Assembly: GCF_001949145.1 (NCBI RefSeq)
Contig: NW_019091361.1
Location: forward strand, 1,776,866 to 1,840,865
Reading direction: 5' to 3'
DNA from: Acanthaster planci
Taxonomy: Eukaryota
DNA length: 64,000 bases
A program made the position numbers and the translations under genes. Within the stretch, counting starts at the first letter, position 1. The number at the start of each line of letters is the position of its first letter. Shown here in pieces: positions 39,801-53,205 of this stretch. The notes under the pieces are model-generated. The model was not told the DNA's origin. It saw only the letters and a program-made list of their open reading frames with translations, and ran no database searches.

Positions 39801-42800
39801 TTAAAAACAGCGCGGATCTGAACAAGATAAGAGCTTGTGCAATGGTTTTAAGATTTGCAGTCTATGTCAAGATTAAGAGCTTTTAATGTGTCAGGAAAGG
39901 AAGGGAGCTATGGTATTGCAAGACCTGCATCCTTAATGGCAGATGGAAGGGAAGATGAAGGCATCCTCCTTGCCCTCTCCACTTTTGCTATTTATTCATT
40001 CACTTTAGCAATCAACATTTTCCTCAACTTTGGAGGAACTGATTTTGCAATTTTGCAGTAAGCTCTTCTTCCATCCTTAGATGTGTGATTATCAGATCTC
40101 CAGAAAATGTATTTGTTATAACTTCTCTCCCCCTCCCCACAAAAATTCATTAAACAGAACAGTGTGTGCCAAAGCTATTTGTGCTCTCCTGTGAGTGACA
40201 TTTTCTATTTCTACGTTAATTTGTTGTTACCTCCAGTATGAGTGGAATTTGCAGTATGTTTGCTTGTAGTCATTACTTTGTAGATTATAATAGTCACGGA
40301 TATATACGAATCCTTCGTATCAAACTGTAGAAATGATGATGATTATAAATGCTGATGTCAGTCTACAGCCTTTTACCCTAATCCGTGCTGTCCGTAAACC
40401 AACCACCCCAGTTTAAATTCAGACTGGTTATAACTTTATATGTCGTCCACGTTGATAAAAAAAACAGTGATTGAGTTGGAGTAAAAAAAACGAGGGGGAG
40501 AATGGAGGATGAAGACCTGAGGAAGCACTGCAACGCGGGAAAGATGATATGCCACGCTCGGCTTCATCCGTCCCTTTTTCTGATTGTGTTTGTGATGGCT
40601 GTGGGGGAAGTGCTTCAATTTATTCCTGTCCGAGAGGCCTGGATGGTTCAAGGAAAACGTCAGCTGTATTGATTGCATCTTCATCAGGGTATCCAGCGAA
40701 AGGTACCGCAGGTGGCCGCATGGGGCGTTGGTTTTTTTTTCTTATTCTTTTGTTTTGCACAGAGCAGTGTTTTCTCTACACTGGTCGTTGTGCATAATTA
40801 TTCATCCATCAGATTTGATCTTGTGGGATTATCACTGTAATTCTTACCAATTATGGTCACTTGAACACTTCATACGTGACCCAGGCCAGTACATGTGAGC
40901 CCTGTACTTGATAATCCCCCCCCCCTCTGTGTCTGTTTTAACCTGTGTTGAAGTGCAACTTATCACTTCCCTAATATTAAATGGCAACTCAGGCATATGA
41001 CCTTGTTTAGTCAAATTTGCAAGAAGTTAGGATTGCAGGGTTTTGGGATGGGTCATGGTCCTTTTTGTTTTGTTTTCACCCACCTCCCACACTTCACCTG
41101 TAGGGAAGTCTCACAGAGAATCCTCATGTAATGACGATCCTCCTCGCTGTTGACACGCATGTTCCCGCATGCATGAGTAAGAGGCACCGTCCCCGAGCGA
41201 CAGCTTTCCCCTATCTTACCCCTTCAATCATCAAGTTACCGTGCAGGAAACGGCTGACTGGGATGAATAAGTGACTCTGCACTCGTGGTACCATAAGCAG
41301 AATCCCAAACTTTCTGTCTCTTTTTTTCTCAGTAGGCCTAGATCACGGTTGGATTTCAGCCGGATTTGGGGAGGGGGCATCCGCGCTGTTCCCCCTTCTA
41401 AGAACTTGTAGCTGCTCGGAGTTGTGGCAGTGTTAGCCTACATTGCAGGTGTGATTTCTCGGTTTTTCCCCAGTTTTTTTAGGATATTGGATTTCGAAGT
41501 TCTGTATTTTTAGAGGTTTAACCATATCATCCAGCTTTTGCTTCTGTGCCAACAACACCGCCTGGTTTCATCCTAATTAAACCGTGCTCTCAAGTACAAA
41601 TACCTCATTTTCAATTTACCAACACCATTTCAGTTGTTGCTGTATTGTATTATCTTCAGAATATGGGTTTTTTTGTGGGGGTCTAAAATCTTTGTGTCCG
41701 TGATTTACTTTATTCCAACCGGTGGAAGTCTTGGCGAATTAAGCCTTATTTTCGTATTTTCCTTTAAAAGAAACTTTGAGAGTGGTGTTTCCAGCTGTGT
41801 TCAGTTTCTCTTGTTTGTCTAGGTTATTTAGATTTGCTGTCTGTCTTGCTGGCATATAGGTTTGCTATTGCGCACTTCCAAGATTCCGCTATTCCACACT
41901 CGTCTAATCATGAGAGTGGAAAATTGCACGTAATACGTATAAACATCAGTTTACATCAACAGAATATAAGATCAAAATGTACATCTGTAAGTCGTCTATC
42001 ATGTTCAAAATCCTATTCGTGACAGCTCCAGGAAATAATTTCTGCCTTAACGTGGATTATAGCACGCCTAAGAAAGACGTATAAGTTTACCAGAATCGAA
42101 AAATCCTCAAGCTTTTATTGGTATTTCAGTTATGGCGACCTGTCAACCGCGAGAGTCAGGACTTACTTCCAGCAGTTAATCTTGTTATTCAAAGACCTGT
42201 CATGGCACAGCCATCCTTCAATGACTTGTGTGTCAATAATGCAGTTTTATGCAGCATTCATTCTCAATAGACAATGTCACGGTTGGCCTACCACGAGATC
42301 ATGTATTCAATTTGTTCGATCATTCACTTCGTTGATGGGTTCTGAAGCGCATGGGCAGCTCCCTTGATCAGCAGTTTCCCTTTAGGTTTCGGTGTGCCGT
42401 GCCCTTCTGAAGCAAGCGTAGATGTGCATAATTCATAGAAGTGATGCTTGATGACTCCCAATTCGAGCTACTTTTTCACCTGCGGTATAACGATAGTTAA
42501 AAGGCTGTTGGACAGTGAAGCGTTGACCATCGTGGCGGTTTTTGTAACGTTGGTCACACCATGTCTACGCTTTTGTGTCAACGCAAAATATTGTAATGAC
42601 GTACGACAAAAATAACATAAATGTTGTTTCAATTTTCGTTTTTGGTGTCAAGTTACTAGCATTAGCCAGTTAGGCTCATGAGCCACGAGCCTGTCTGTAG
42701 TTGTTCTCGAACTTGTTTTAATTTGTGATTGCAGACGATAACAGTAACAATAGCCTAAATGTTTACAATCCTGTAATGGGAAAATTCAGCTGGCCATTTT

Positions 42801-44021
42801 GCACAGAGATAAAAATACACGTTATGGACATGAACATCAAAAGTACGTAACATACAAACCAGATAGTTAAGTAATACGAATTAACTCATCAAGACAACTT
42901 CCGACAAGTAAAAAGTATCTCTAATCTTAGTGAGATTTGACTCAAATATCATCAGTAATGGTGGATGAGTTTCTTTAATCCTCCGTTGACTTTCTAAGGT
43001 GGTTCCTGGTGCAGTGTACAAGCTTGCGATAAAAAAAGGCTTTGAAAATCCTGGACATCTAATCATGACATCGTATTCAAAACAATGCTTAGATTGCGCG
43101 AAGAGACCGACGACAGTGCGCAAAAACAGCCAAATCACTGATCTTTCAGCGGCCATTAAGCCGCCAAATTGGCTTCATTAATGCCCCGTGGGAAGTCACA
43201 CCTCACCCGGTAAACCTATCCCGGCACCTGTTGTGGGGCTGGCCTGGAGGGGATTGAATTGACCCCATTTTCCAATGATTGCCACCCCTGAGGGTACAAC
43301 AAAGGGCCCGAAGGGCTGTCAATCATAGGAGGAGTTGAGGGCAAGCTGGAGAGAGAGAGGGGGAATCACGAGTAGGAAGAAACCCTGCAGGTCTTCTGCA
43401 GATCTCCTCTTATCTCCACCTCTTAAGATGTCACTCATGATGGAAGAGGAAGATGTGATTTGGTTGTAGGGGACTCTGGTGGCTAGGTTTAATCCGGGAT
43501 AGTATGATGTACTGTAGAGAGTTTCTGTCTTGCTTTAATATCGTGAGACGTTTAGGAGGGTTCTCAGCCCACCAATGTTTGCAGTCAGCATGTTCTCATC
43601 TCTCCTGAGATTCCTTCCTATTCATCCTTCGTAAATACGCGTTGAATCTCTAGCCATGTCCGCGGGAGTGTGGACCCCACCCATTACACATCGTGATTTT
43701 TCTCAGGCCTTTCTTTAGAAACTCTTCTTCTCTAACCGGTTTCAGCGAAGTTAAATGTGAAAGTTGGTTCTGAACAGGTTAACTGTGCTGTGCGTGGTTG
43801 TTTTCAAACGCAAAACGGAAAGTCTGTAAAGTTTCTTCAGATTCTGTGATAACTACTGTCATTTCATTTTATAAACATAACACAGCGATGATCTGTCTCA
43901 TGAATGCGTGATTCGATGATGTATTGTCTTTTCCCCTTCGTGCTGCAGTTTTTCGCAGAGAGCTATACCTTTCACATAAAACGCACCGTAGCATTATAAG
44001 CATACATTACAGAACCCATTA

Positions 44022-44196
44022 ATTTAACGGTCGAGGAACCTCTGCAAACTTGACTTGCAGATGAGTATTCCAAGAGTGTACTACACCTGATGTAGATGCG
44101 TTTAGTGTAGCAATCGCGGATCTCCGTTTCTCCTCCTTGTATCTTGTGCTTCCTCTTCAGCATTTCCTCTTCTGATTTCGTACCCGCAGTGGACAT
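44022..44196 (-). pseudogene. Possible Kolobok-type transposon ORF N-terminal relic
   Basis: MSTAGTKSEEEMLKRK...RDCYTKRIYIR, then frameshifted KFAE/FLDR. This resembles the basic RI(Y/N)IG...A.FLLD N-terminus I recall from Kolobok proteins. Confidence 0.4.
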
Positions 44197-45043
44197 GTGT
44201 TATCCGTGTTTCAAGACACGAGAGTATGCTGCAAGATTTCGCGCGCTTTTGGATTTTTTTAGTGAAATTGGCACATGCAGATATTTTCACAATGTGGAGA
44301 TGAAATTTTTTTGTTAAACGGTCTGATTCAGAGTTCGATTTTGACAGGTACTTGAGTTCAACGCGGGCATTGTCGCGCTCATAATGGAGAGGAATACGGT
44401 AGCCTTCGAAGGAAATGTCACGTCAAATCTCTTTCTGCGGCGAGATTTAACTTTATGAAAGGTTTTAATCCCAGCTGTCTGCGGCACCGGTATTGTCTGA
44501 AAGGCTCAAATTGATCCACCTCCTCTCTGATCTCAGGAATCTAATTTGTGGCTTCCTAGGGGTTAACTGAAGCATCGCTTTCTGAAGCCAGTACACCAAC
44601 GGCAATTTCCTGAAATTACAAATTACGGCCCGAAAACGTCGCCCTTGATGCATGTATCACTAGGCAGTATCGCAAGGCTATATGTCAAATTCTTTGTCAG
44701 AAAATTGCAATACCCCCTTAACTTGTAGTTCTGTAAAATGGGAGGGGATAAGTGTACTGGAAATTGTTGGGCATTTCCGCCCCCCTCCCCCAAAAAAGAA
44801 GTTACGTAATACTGAGCAGATACTTATGCAAGCTTTCGCCCCTCCAACTTCGATATTTTGCCGGTTTATTATGTTTTAGATTTCTTTCTTTATGCCAAAT
44901 GGTGCCTTGCGTTTCTTCAGACCTCAGTGGGAACCAGTGGGGAATGAGAAGTTGAAGTTGTTCACTCGCGTCAAAAAGTCTCTCGCCATTGGTTTATCAA
45001 AAACAGGCTTACAAACTACTTTTCAAAACACGGTAGAAGGCAA

Positions 45044-45232
45044 CGGTGGCGTATCGAGCGGGGGCATGCTTCTCCCCAGACATGTTGCCAATGTCTTGTT
45101 ACTTTTTTCTGTTTGTTTGGGAATAAAAAGTGCTAGCCTTAGAAACGATACTAGCACCTGTTTTGGAGGGGAGGGTAAACAGGATTCTTTTACGAATGAA
45201 CCCCCCCAGCACAAGAACTGGATACGCCACTG
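45044..45232. mobile_element. hAT-like MITE
   Basis: TIR CGGTGGCGTATCGAG / CTGGATACGCCACTG (2 mismatches) with G/C runs inside. It is the same terminal class as 1732-1908. No TSD is preserved. Confidence 0.75.
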
Positions 45233-48200
45233 ACAGCACTACAACATTTTATTTTTCTGAAAACGAGCTTTGAAACGATAGTGGGGGCCATTTTACAGTA
45301 TTCCTATATGTCCTTATTTACTGATAAGATTTTGCGCGTTTTTCACGGCGGCTTTGAAAACCTAGCATGCGAGATGATTTGTACTCAAAGAATGTGCCGT
45401 GGCCGCATTGGAATTCCAAACTACGCATGGCGTCTCCGCCAGGTGTTGTCTGGCCCCGACACCTAGCACGTGAAATGCCAATCACCGTGATTATACAAGA
45501 GGCCCCCCCGGGGGAAATGTGTCTCACCACTCGGGTGCATCTCACCTAGACCAAAATGTCAGACGTGTTCTCCCTACCTTGCAGAAAACTTTCGGTCGGA
45601 CGCAAATCCACGAGCAGGGGTTCCTTTTTCAAAATTACGAGAGTGAAATGGAAAAGTTTATAATGAAACTTACTTCAATAATACCGTCAAATAAAGTTGA
45701 GGCTTCGATGTCTTTTTTGTGCTTTTGTTCAGAAGAACTCCTACCACATGGTTTTTAAGTGATTTTGTAAGTTAATTGTAATCACCTAGGCTTCATTTAG
45801 AGTTTTATGTGTAAGCATGGAGGAAGGAAACGCACTGCTCTGTGTCACATAGTAATCATATTAAAGGGTGCGAAATAGCACAGGCCTGTCTTGTCCTTAC
45901 ACTGACGTATACAACAACGTGTTTACACCAGAACCAACGAAACTGTTCACCGTAATCCTCAGTCCCCCCGCAGGGGGTTCTGTGTGGTAATTATATCAAG
46001 TTTTGTTCCGGACTAAGCTTCAAGTTTCCAGTGCTCCGTTTTAAAATCTCCGCCCTGAGCCTTTCCTTGGAAGTTAGTTTGATTAAAAAATTGCTGCCTG
46101 TCAAAATTTCAGTTGATCCTAACCTTGTATGGAAAGAGGATTCCCTGATTCGGTTCTCTGAGAAAGAAAGCGGTATCAACTCACCAACAAAATGGGGCAT
46201 GATCTTTATATCACCAAAGTTGGCAGGGTTTTTTGTTTGTTCGGGGGGGGGGTTGTACGTGTGGAGTTGGAGCCCAGAAACCGGGTCGTCGCTCAGGATT
46301 TCTTCTATAAATCCCCCATTGTGTTAACGCGCCTATTGACAGTTTGCGCACACAACGGGGCTTTTGAATGGCAAAGAGGTGTGAAACTATGTGTAACACC
46401 TGAAAGGGATTCTTTGAACAGGTGAATTGGCGGCACATAGTTGAAGTCTTTTGATCCTCGGACCACATCTGATTTCTGAAGGAGTGTTTTTCGAGCATGT
46501 TGGTAGAGTGTGATGAGATTACTCCACACTGAACTCAATACAGCAAAGAGACTGTTTGTCACACTGCCTGCAAGGGCTCCTTATGTCGAGGATTAAAACG
46601 TTGCTCTCGTGTAATAGATGCCTGTTTTTCCCCAGCATGTTATGAGAAGGTCGACATACTGCTTATGTTTCAACGACATGAAAACATGCTTATGATTTTG
46701 TACCATATTTTGATCCGTTCCATTGCCAAGTGTGATAATCTGCGGAAAACCTTATCCATGCGCACTTTATTTTATCTCATGGGTACGCATTAAACATTGC
46801 GGTACAAACATTGTCATTTCAGCTGCTCTTTTCACACCAACAACGGGGACGAAATAAAGAAATTAAAATAACCCTTCACTTGCTTAGTACCCTTTTCCCT
46901 GTGTTCTCTTTACCGCGTTTCTAGGGCAGCCCTCCGGCATGAAAAGGTAGAACGAAGGGAATCAAGAGCCGCCCGCGTAACCGGAGAAAAGGGCTCACAA
47001 AAATTGGATTTTTTTTCGCCCAACGCAGAATCGGGGTTTTGTAGGGTCCCCACAAGAGCCACCGTTGCCTGTCAGCCGGCGAGCCAAGCCCCTATTGAAT
47101 TTACCTATTGAGCGGGGTGTCTGATGGAGATGATTCATATTCATTCCGCGCGGTGTTATGAAACGTCGTCTACAGCTTGCAAGCTGAGGTTTCTGTACGT
47201 CGGTAAAAACGCGACCGGATAAGAGCCCGGACATGCGGGGCCAGTTGTATCCGTGTAGCCCACGGTGACAATTTTGCATCGTCGTGACAGTGATACCGTA
47301 CTCCAACGCTGTCAAGGAACTTGACCATATTTTCTCACATGAAAGCCTCGGTGTTGTTGCAGGCAGGCCCTGAGCAGCTGCCCTTAAGGCACATTATTTT
47401 GTAGTTTCAAATAGCATGAGGTGAGGAAAAGCAAAGGAGATGTCTTAGTACCAAGACGTGTCTAATTTTCCGATTGCTTTGGTCTGTTCTCTTTACTGCA
47501 GTGTCTGCCTCAAGTGTGCAACCCGATTGGTATAACTTCGTAAATCTCTTTGTAACCCCACATGCTTTATATACCGTATGCAGTGCTGTGTGCTTTACAA
47601 TTTCAAAACTACAGAACTAAGAGAAGTACTATTGAATTAATGCATTGTGCTCGAGTCACGGGATGAGGATTCTATAGGTCACGCCTACCATGACACCGAA
47701 GACGTCCGTCTGTTTTCTTTTTTCCAACATCTAAACCCTCTCCTCAGCAAGCAAGGCTGAAAATTTACTACCTGCAACTCTTCGTCACTGAGAAAAAGGC
47801 GATTGTTGCGTTTTTTGCAAACACGTACGCCGTGACCTGCTGTGAAGTCAGGCCAATTCGTGCAAAAAACCCAGCATGCCATTTTCCGCAAGATTGATAC
47901 TTGCAATCAAGCTTGCAGTTTTGGCTCGTTCTTCTCTCGTCCGTTATTCTTTTTTGTCCTCAACTTTCCTGTATTGCGCTACTCGTTTTCACAAACCCGT
48001 AGGCCCCTGGTGATTTTTTTTCAACTGGCTTACCCGGGAAACTGGCGGTTTGAGTAGAGAGTGTTTCATCCTACGCTCGGCTATATTGATGATGTCTGTA
48101 TTTAGCAAGCAATCATAGGTGATTTGACGATCTTGGATTAAAGTATAAACTCATGGCCACATGGCGTGGACTTTCTAAGTTCAACGAGTAAACGTGTTAG

Positions 48201-48449
48201 GCTTTTCACATGCAGTGGATTTATTTTGGCAATTTGTCGGTATCATATTTTAATGGAAGTTCTGTGGAAATACAAGCATATGTATTTGCTTTCGTTTCAA
48301 AAGCGATTGGTTGGAATCAGATGCTGCTTACACGTGTTGGAGAGAACTTTTCATGAAGTATTTTCCCATCATAATAAATAGAACTGCATACATATTATAG
48401 GATACACCAAAGAATGGTCATACACATGTGCACTTCAGTTTTTTGGAAT

Positions 48450-48780
48450 TCGTAGTCCGTGCCAAGTCTGGCAACCATTATCACATGTACGAAGAGGTGT
48501 TGATAAGTTACGCCATTCACACGCTACCACATCTCTTCTGGTATGTTGATGTAGGGTTGCCATTTGTCATCGATGCAGCACCGGCTGAAAAATATACACG
48601 TTTATTATCCGCGTTGGGCAGTACTGCACATTCCCCAGACTGAGGTAATTATTGTGTACCTCCATCAACAAGATGTGGTGTTTCTTTTGTTCATGTTCAC
48701 TATCATAGTCCGAAATGGGCCCCACTGTGCTCCATATGACCAAATAGGGCTGAAAGTTTTATTCCGTGCAAGGTGTTGTC
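48450..48780 (-). mobile_element. Highly decayed CR1-group LINE ORF2 C-terminal fragment
   Basis: Frame-corrected LARNKTFSPIWSYG..WGPF ... LGNVQYCPTRII ... VLHR*/KWQP/LHQH resembles the YKTLVRPILEY..VWDP..LExVQRRAAR..L.W..LQ.RR series in the correct order. Confidence 0.4.
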
Positions 48781-51341
48781 GTTTTCAGGCGTCTAGCTGG
48801 CCATCTTCCAAGCAGTATTCGACCCCAAGAAAAACCGGCTTGCTGAAAGTTGAGTCAGAGATAGCAGGAAGCAGAAGGCCACATTGCAACCATTTTCACT
48901 GTACGCGAAGGGAGCTTTTACTGCAAGTGATTTTCGCAGATTTGCAGTTCTCAGACAGACTAAAGGATACATGCAGTGGATATTCAGCTCATTTTTTTTC
49001 GTGCATATAGCTACGTGTTACTACAATACAAGCAAAATCTAAATACTTGTTTTCATTCGAAACGAAAAGAAGGTGGTAATTTTTCAATTTTGAGAAACCA
49101 TTTTCATAAACATGAGAGCGCTATTTTGATGTCGTCATATAAAGGCACTTCTCGTCAAATGAGCATAAGAACCATACAAAGAATCGATTCTTTAAAAGCA
49201 CCCACCAATTATGTCTTGAAGAATTATTGGCTTGAAGAAAACGTAGAAAAGGGGATACATATACTTTTTCAAAACTATGGAGACATTTCTGTTGTGCTTA
49301 GAATAACGTTAACGCTTTGGCACATATTCATTAGAATAAAAGCCAAACTATTGATTTTTTTCTTCCTTTAAATGAGATTGAAAGGCACGGTGTTGTGGAA
49401 ACAAAGCCTTGATTCGTTTTATTCAGGTCATTAAAATCCTTGACATGGTTTCTTTAATAAAGTTCCCAAGTTTGCCTGAATGCAGTTTAATGAAGAGTAC
49501 CGGTAGGTCTAATACATGTAGCAATCGAATCAAGTTTCTTTAAAATGCCTGGCGTGTAGGGTGAACATGGAGGAAACTAAACAAAGAATCATAAAGCCGT
49601 GTTCGTTTTGAGCAGTATATATCTTACTGACTGTCTTGAGTACAGAAAATTTGCGTACGAGAATTTTACTTTACCGACGTTATCACACGGTATTTGATTC
49701 CACTATTTTGCTGAGATGCAAACCTTCAACGTGAATTATCAGACATCGTAAGTACTTCAGAATGCACGAGCTCGCCTTTGAGTTAACGAATTATGTAAAA
49801 TCACTGTTGCATACTGTAGGCCTAATAAGTCCATCTTCTGTCAGTCGGCTCTTTAATATACACGGCCGTGACATAAATTAGATGTATTTGTCCTTGGAGT
49901 TTACAGGTTGTATTATACACATGAACTTAAGTGATAGGAAAATAATATGATTTAACTTCTACAAAACTGGACAAGGTTTTGAAATCAGCTGAAATAGTCT
50001 CAGCTCAGTTGATGCTACTCACCGTCTTTAAGTCAGTCTAATTATGTGAAAAGTAATGTGATTTTTATGACTAATCGCTCGCTGAGGTCGGTGTACACAA
50101 ATTGATGCATAGACACTTGGGGCTTGAGTGTCACGGTGCCCTTCCTTCTGCTCGGCTGCAAGTCCGAGTTTTTTTTTTTTTTTTTGGCAGCCAGGAATGA
50201 AATACTGGAATGTTTATTCAATTCGGGTAAAAGATTGATCCATAATTACGATTCGGGACAAACAACTATACCCAAGTTTGATGGATGGGTTATCTGGCCG
50301 TGCTGTGGTGTATGGTTTGAATCTACAGGGAGTATAAAGCGGACAACTGGAATTCATTTGGTGCGTGTGTGGATCTAAGTATCGTGAAGTCTCCCGAACC
50401 GTTGTGTCATCTTGCTTAATCACGTATACAGTGGATTTCACGCAAGCCACCCCAAGCTGATATGTTTCTGTTATACCACCAGTCCAAATTATAAAATCGT
50501 AGATGATATTATTTTTGACATGTCTTCCTTACAACACATTTAGATCTCTGGCTTTATCTAACCTTATCCCATCCTTAGTATTTCTTAATTTCCTTCGTTG
50601 GTTCTGTACAGGATTTCTTAATTTCATGATCAAGATTGAATCTATCTGGTACTTTGTTGCTAAGAAAGAAGGATCTTTATCACATGTCCTCCATTTGGGC
50701 CCAGAATATGTACGAATTGTCAGTTGGCAATGTTGATGACAAGGTGACGTCAACCTTGTAACTGTACACGATTTCCTTGTGGTAGGGACCAAAAGCCGAG
50801 TTCCCCGTTTGCGGACTTCTGTATCAACCAATTCCTGGGTGGTGTCACCGCTAATACCCTGGGCAGTTAATTTCTTGGCATTTTAATTACAGAACGTCGT
50901 TTCGTCTGCGATTACTGTAACGCACACCGCAAGATGCCCCTGTGCCATGACAGTGATCACCCTCAACGGTATCTCGAAAGCACTCCATGACCTAGCCTCG
51001 CTACTCTCTCGGTCTACTTTTCCAGCCTTCTATACTCTTCACTGCCCGTTGCCTGCCTCTCGCGCATTCAGGGCCCAGCATCGCTTTACAATTTTACCTC
51101 ATTGTCTGCTACCCCCCAAAGGAAATTTTGGAGCGGCTTGAGCTTATCGGACGAGCATCTGAAAGATTTTGTTGAAGGAACGGGTGAACGTCTTTATTTC
51201 CGATGAGACCTGAGGTGCTTCCATCACTACATGTAACTATTTCATGATTGCACATCAGATTGTAACTTCAATTTCTTTAGCTAATGAGCTGTTAATGTTG
51301 TCGTCGTTGTTTTTTAAAGGCTTAACTATGTGAACATTTCC

Positions 51342-51659
51342 TTAAAAAGCACCTCTAAGGAAAACATGTTTTCTCTGATTTTACCTGTTCAAATAAATAT
51401 GGAAGCATCCTAATCGAATGCAGAGTCATTTGTCTTCAGAGGTCATCTATAACAAGCATAAAAGGTCTTTTTTTTTGTTCATGCCCAAGGTGTGAATTTT
51501 GAATGTGGATTGCATCATTCTGAGAAAACAGAGAAAACGAGGGGGAACCCTGGCCCTGTGTTCGTAGTGGATAAACCCTTGACCATTGTTTGGCTTGCAC
51601 AAGGGATTTATAACAGATAAAATCAGAGAAAACATATTTTCACGAGAGGTGCTCTTTAA
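51342..51659. mobile_element. Kolobok-like MITE with TTAA TSD and TIRs of about 50 bp
   Basis: TTAA|AAAGCACCTCTAAGGAAAACATGTTTTCTCTGATTTTACCTGTT is inverse to AACAGATAAAATCAGAGAAAACATATTTTCACGAGAGGTGCTCT|TTAA. Confidence 0.85.
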
Positions 51660-52231
51660 CCGATCCATCTTCTCGCCTTACGTTCATGTTTGTGGTATCA
51701 GATCTCCTTGGCCAGATGTACTTTCTCTTTTTCTGCCACCTGTGGGGTTTTTATTGGAAGATCATTAAGTCCAAATGGATCATTTGCTGCGTCTGGTTTT
51801 TTCCTATGGGTAACGGATGAGTATGGTACAGAAACTTCTGTACATTATTTGATCTCCTAATGGTAATCTGTAGATCAAGTATGCTTCAGTCCATCAAGAA
51901 AGCTCCAGAAGTGATTGCTGGTCCACCAGGGGTAGCCCTAATGCCTTTCTTTTTACTACTGTACCTGGAAACATTACTCTAGGTATTTATGCTGTTATAG
52001 CCTCATTTTGTTTGATTGTAAGAATTGAAAAAAAGCATGTTTGTTAATTTAGATAGATCTCGTTGATGGCGGAAGTGGGATACTGCCCAGTATGTTTTCT
52101 TCCCAATGTTAGGTGCCGCGATTTTTACAGATTAACTGGTTTAGATCCTGTAGTCATGTGACATTTAATCTTGACGTGCACCGAAAACATTCGTCGGGTC
52201 GAATAGACGTGCACTGTGACGTTCCCGATCG

Positions 52232-52545
52232 GCAAATGAGATAGCGAGCAATCTGAAGTAGTTGAAGGGGCTGCTCCTCGGTCTTTGATCTTCCTCAGAT
52301 TCCATCTTCCCATCCTCGGCCTGTTTGTGTTTTGTAGACTGTGCAGCGAATTATTCGCAAACTTTTCTCTTTCCCCATTTCGATCGTCTGCATATCTCTG
52401 GGGCTTCTCTAGTCACCGAATTGATTCCATCGGCGGTGTAGGTTGCTGTCTCGTCGCACATTTTTCGATAACGATGTTTCATTGGGTTCCAAATCCGTGG
52501 AAAAACAACTCGCCTTGAAACAAGCAGCTGTGTCAGACATTGACC
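52232..52545 (-). pseudogene. MADF (Myb/SANT-like) protein relic of a PIF/Harbinger transposon
   Basis: Frame-corrected LLVSRRVVFPRIWNPMKHRYRK...PEICRRSKWGK/REKFANN...SPFNYFRLL/YL fits the MADF P.LW.P....Y...C..KW..LR..F pattern plus the downstream YF..L.FL motif. Confidence 0.55.
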
Positions 52546-52869
52546 TTTGTTGACGAGTTTCGACTTGATAAAGTCTGGATGGAATAATCGACGTCTATGG
52601 GCAAATTCGGGCGCAGACTATAGTTCGATCAGTAGTTGATATTGCTTTTTAACAATGCCCATGCGCAATAAAGTCACACTTGAACGACCCCAGTTGGCCT
52701 ACTTTTAAAATCTCATCGGTAGGCCCCTACTCACGTTTCCCGTCGGCTGCGATTCTCGAAGCGAACATACATGGTTATTGAAATCGCGTACGATTGTTTT
52801 CATTGTGAATGGTTCCCTCCACAATGATAAATAAAATCGGCTATGCGACTATACCCTTAAGTTCGATTA

Positions 52870-53205
52870 CAAATGGTCGACTGAATAGTCTGAACTATCC
52901 TCCGTTTAGGCGGTGTTAGTCGAAATATAGTTACCTGTATAGTCGTCGGTCGAACTTGGCCTATGATGTAAACATACAGTGTACTTTACAGTTTTCTACA
53001 CTTCCAAAAAAGTCAAAAGCCGTTGCAAGATTCAAGTCTGATTCCAAATGGTCGACTGAATAGTCCAAACCATCCTGCGTTTGGGCGGTACTAGTCAAAT
53101 TATAGTTAGCGATATAGTCGTCGATCGAACTTGTCCTATGATAAATTACTAATTTACTTTACTATTTTTTTTTACACTTCCAAAAAAAATCAGCTGTTGC
53201 AAGAT
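52870..53205 (+). repeat. Two-copy tandem duplication, 175-bp period
   Basis: CAAATGGTCGACTGAATAGTC...TATAGTCGTCG.TCGAACTTG.CCTATGAT...TACACTTCCAAAAAA...GTTGCAAGATT starts at 52870 and again at 53045. Confidence 0.95.

Noticed and set aside
41135..41190. CCTCCTCGCTG resembling an HDV ribozyme core
   Set aside because: The P3 and P1 pairings cannot be formed.
50280..50470. Possible tRNA-derived SINE remnant
   Set aside because: No clear A and B boxes, tail or TSD.
50892..50940. Minus-strand stem followed by GAAAC, like a Penelope hammerhead
   Set aside because: The CUGANGA box is missing. At most a decayed relic.
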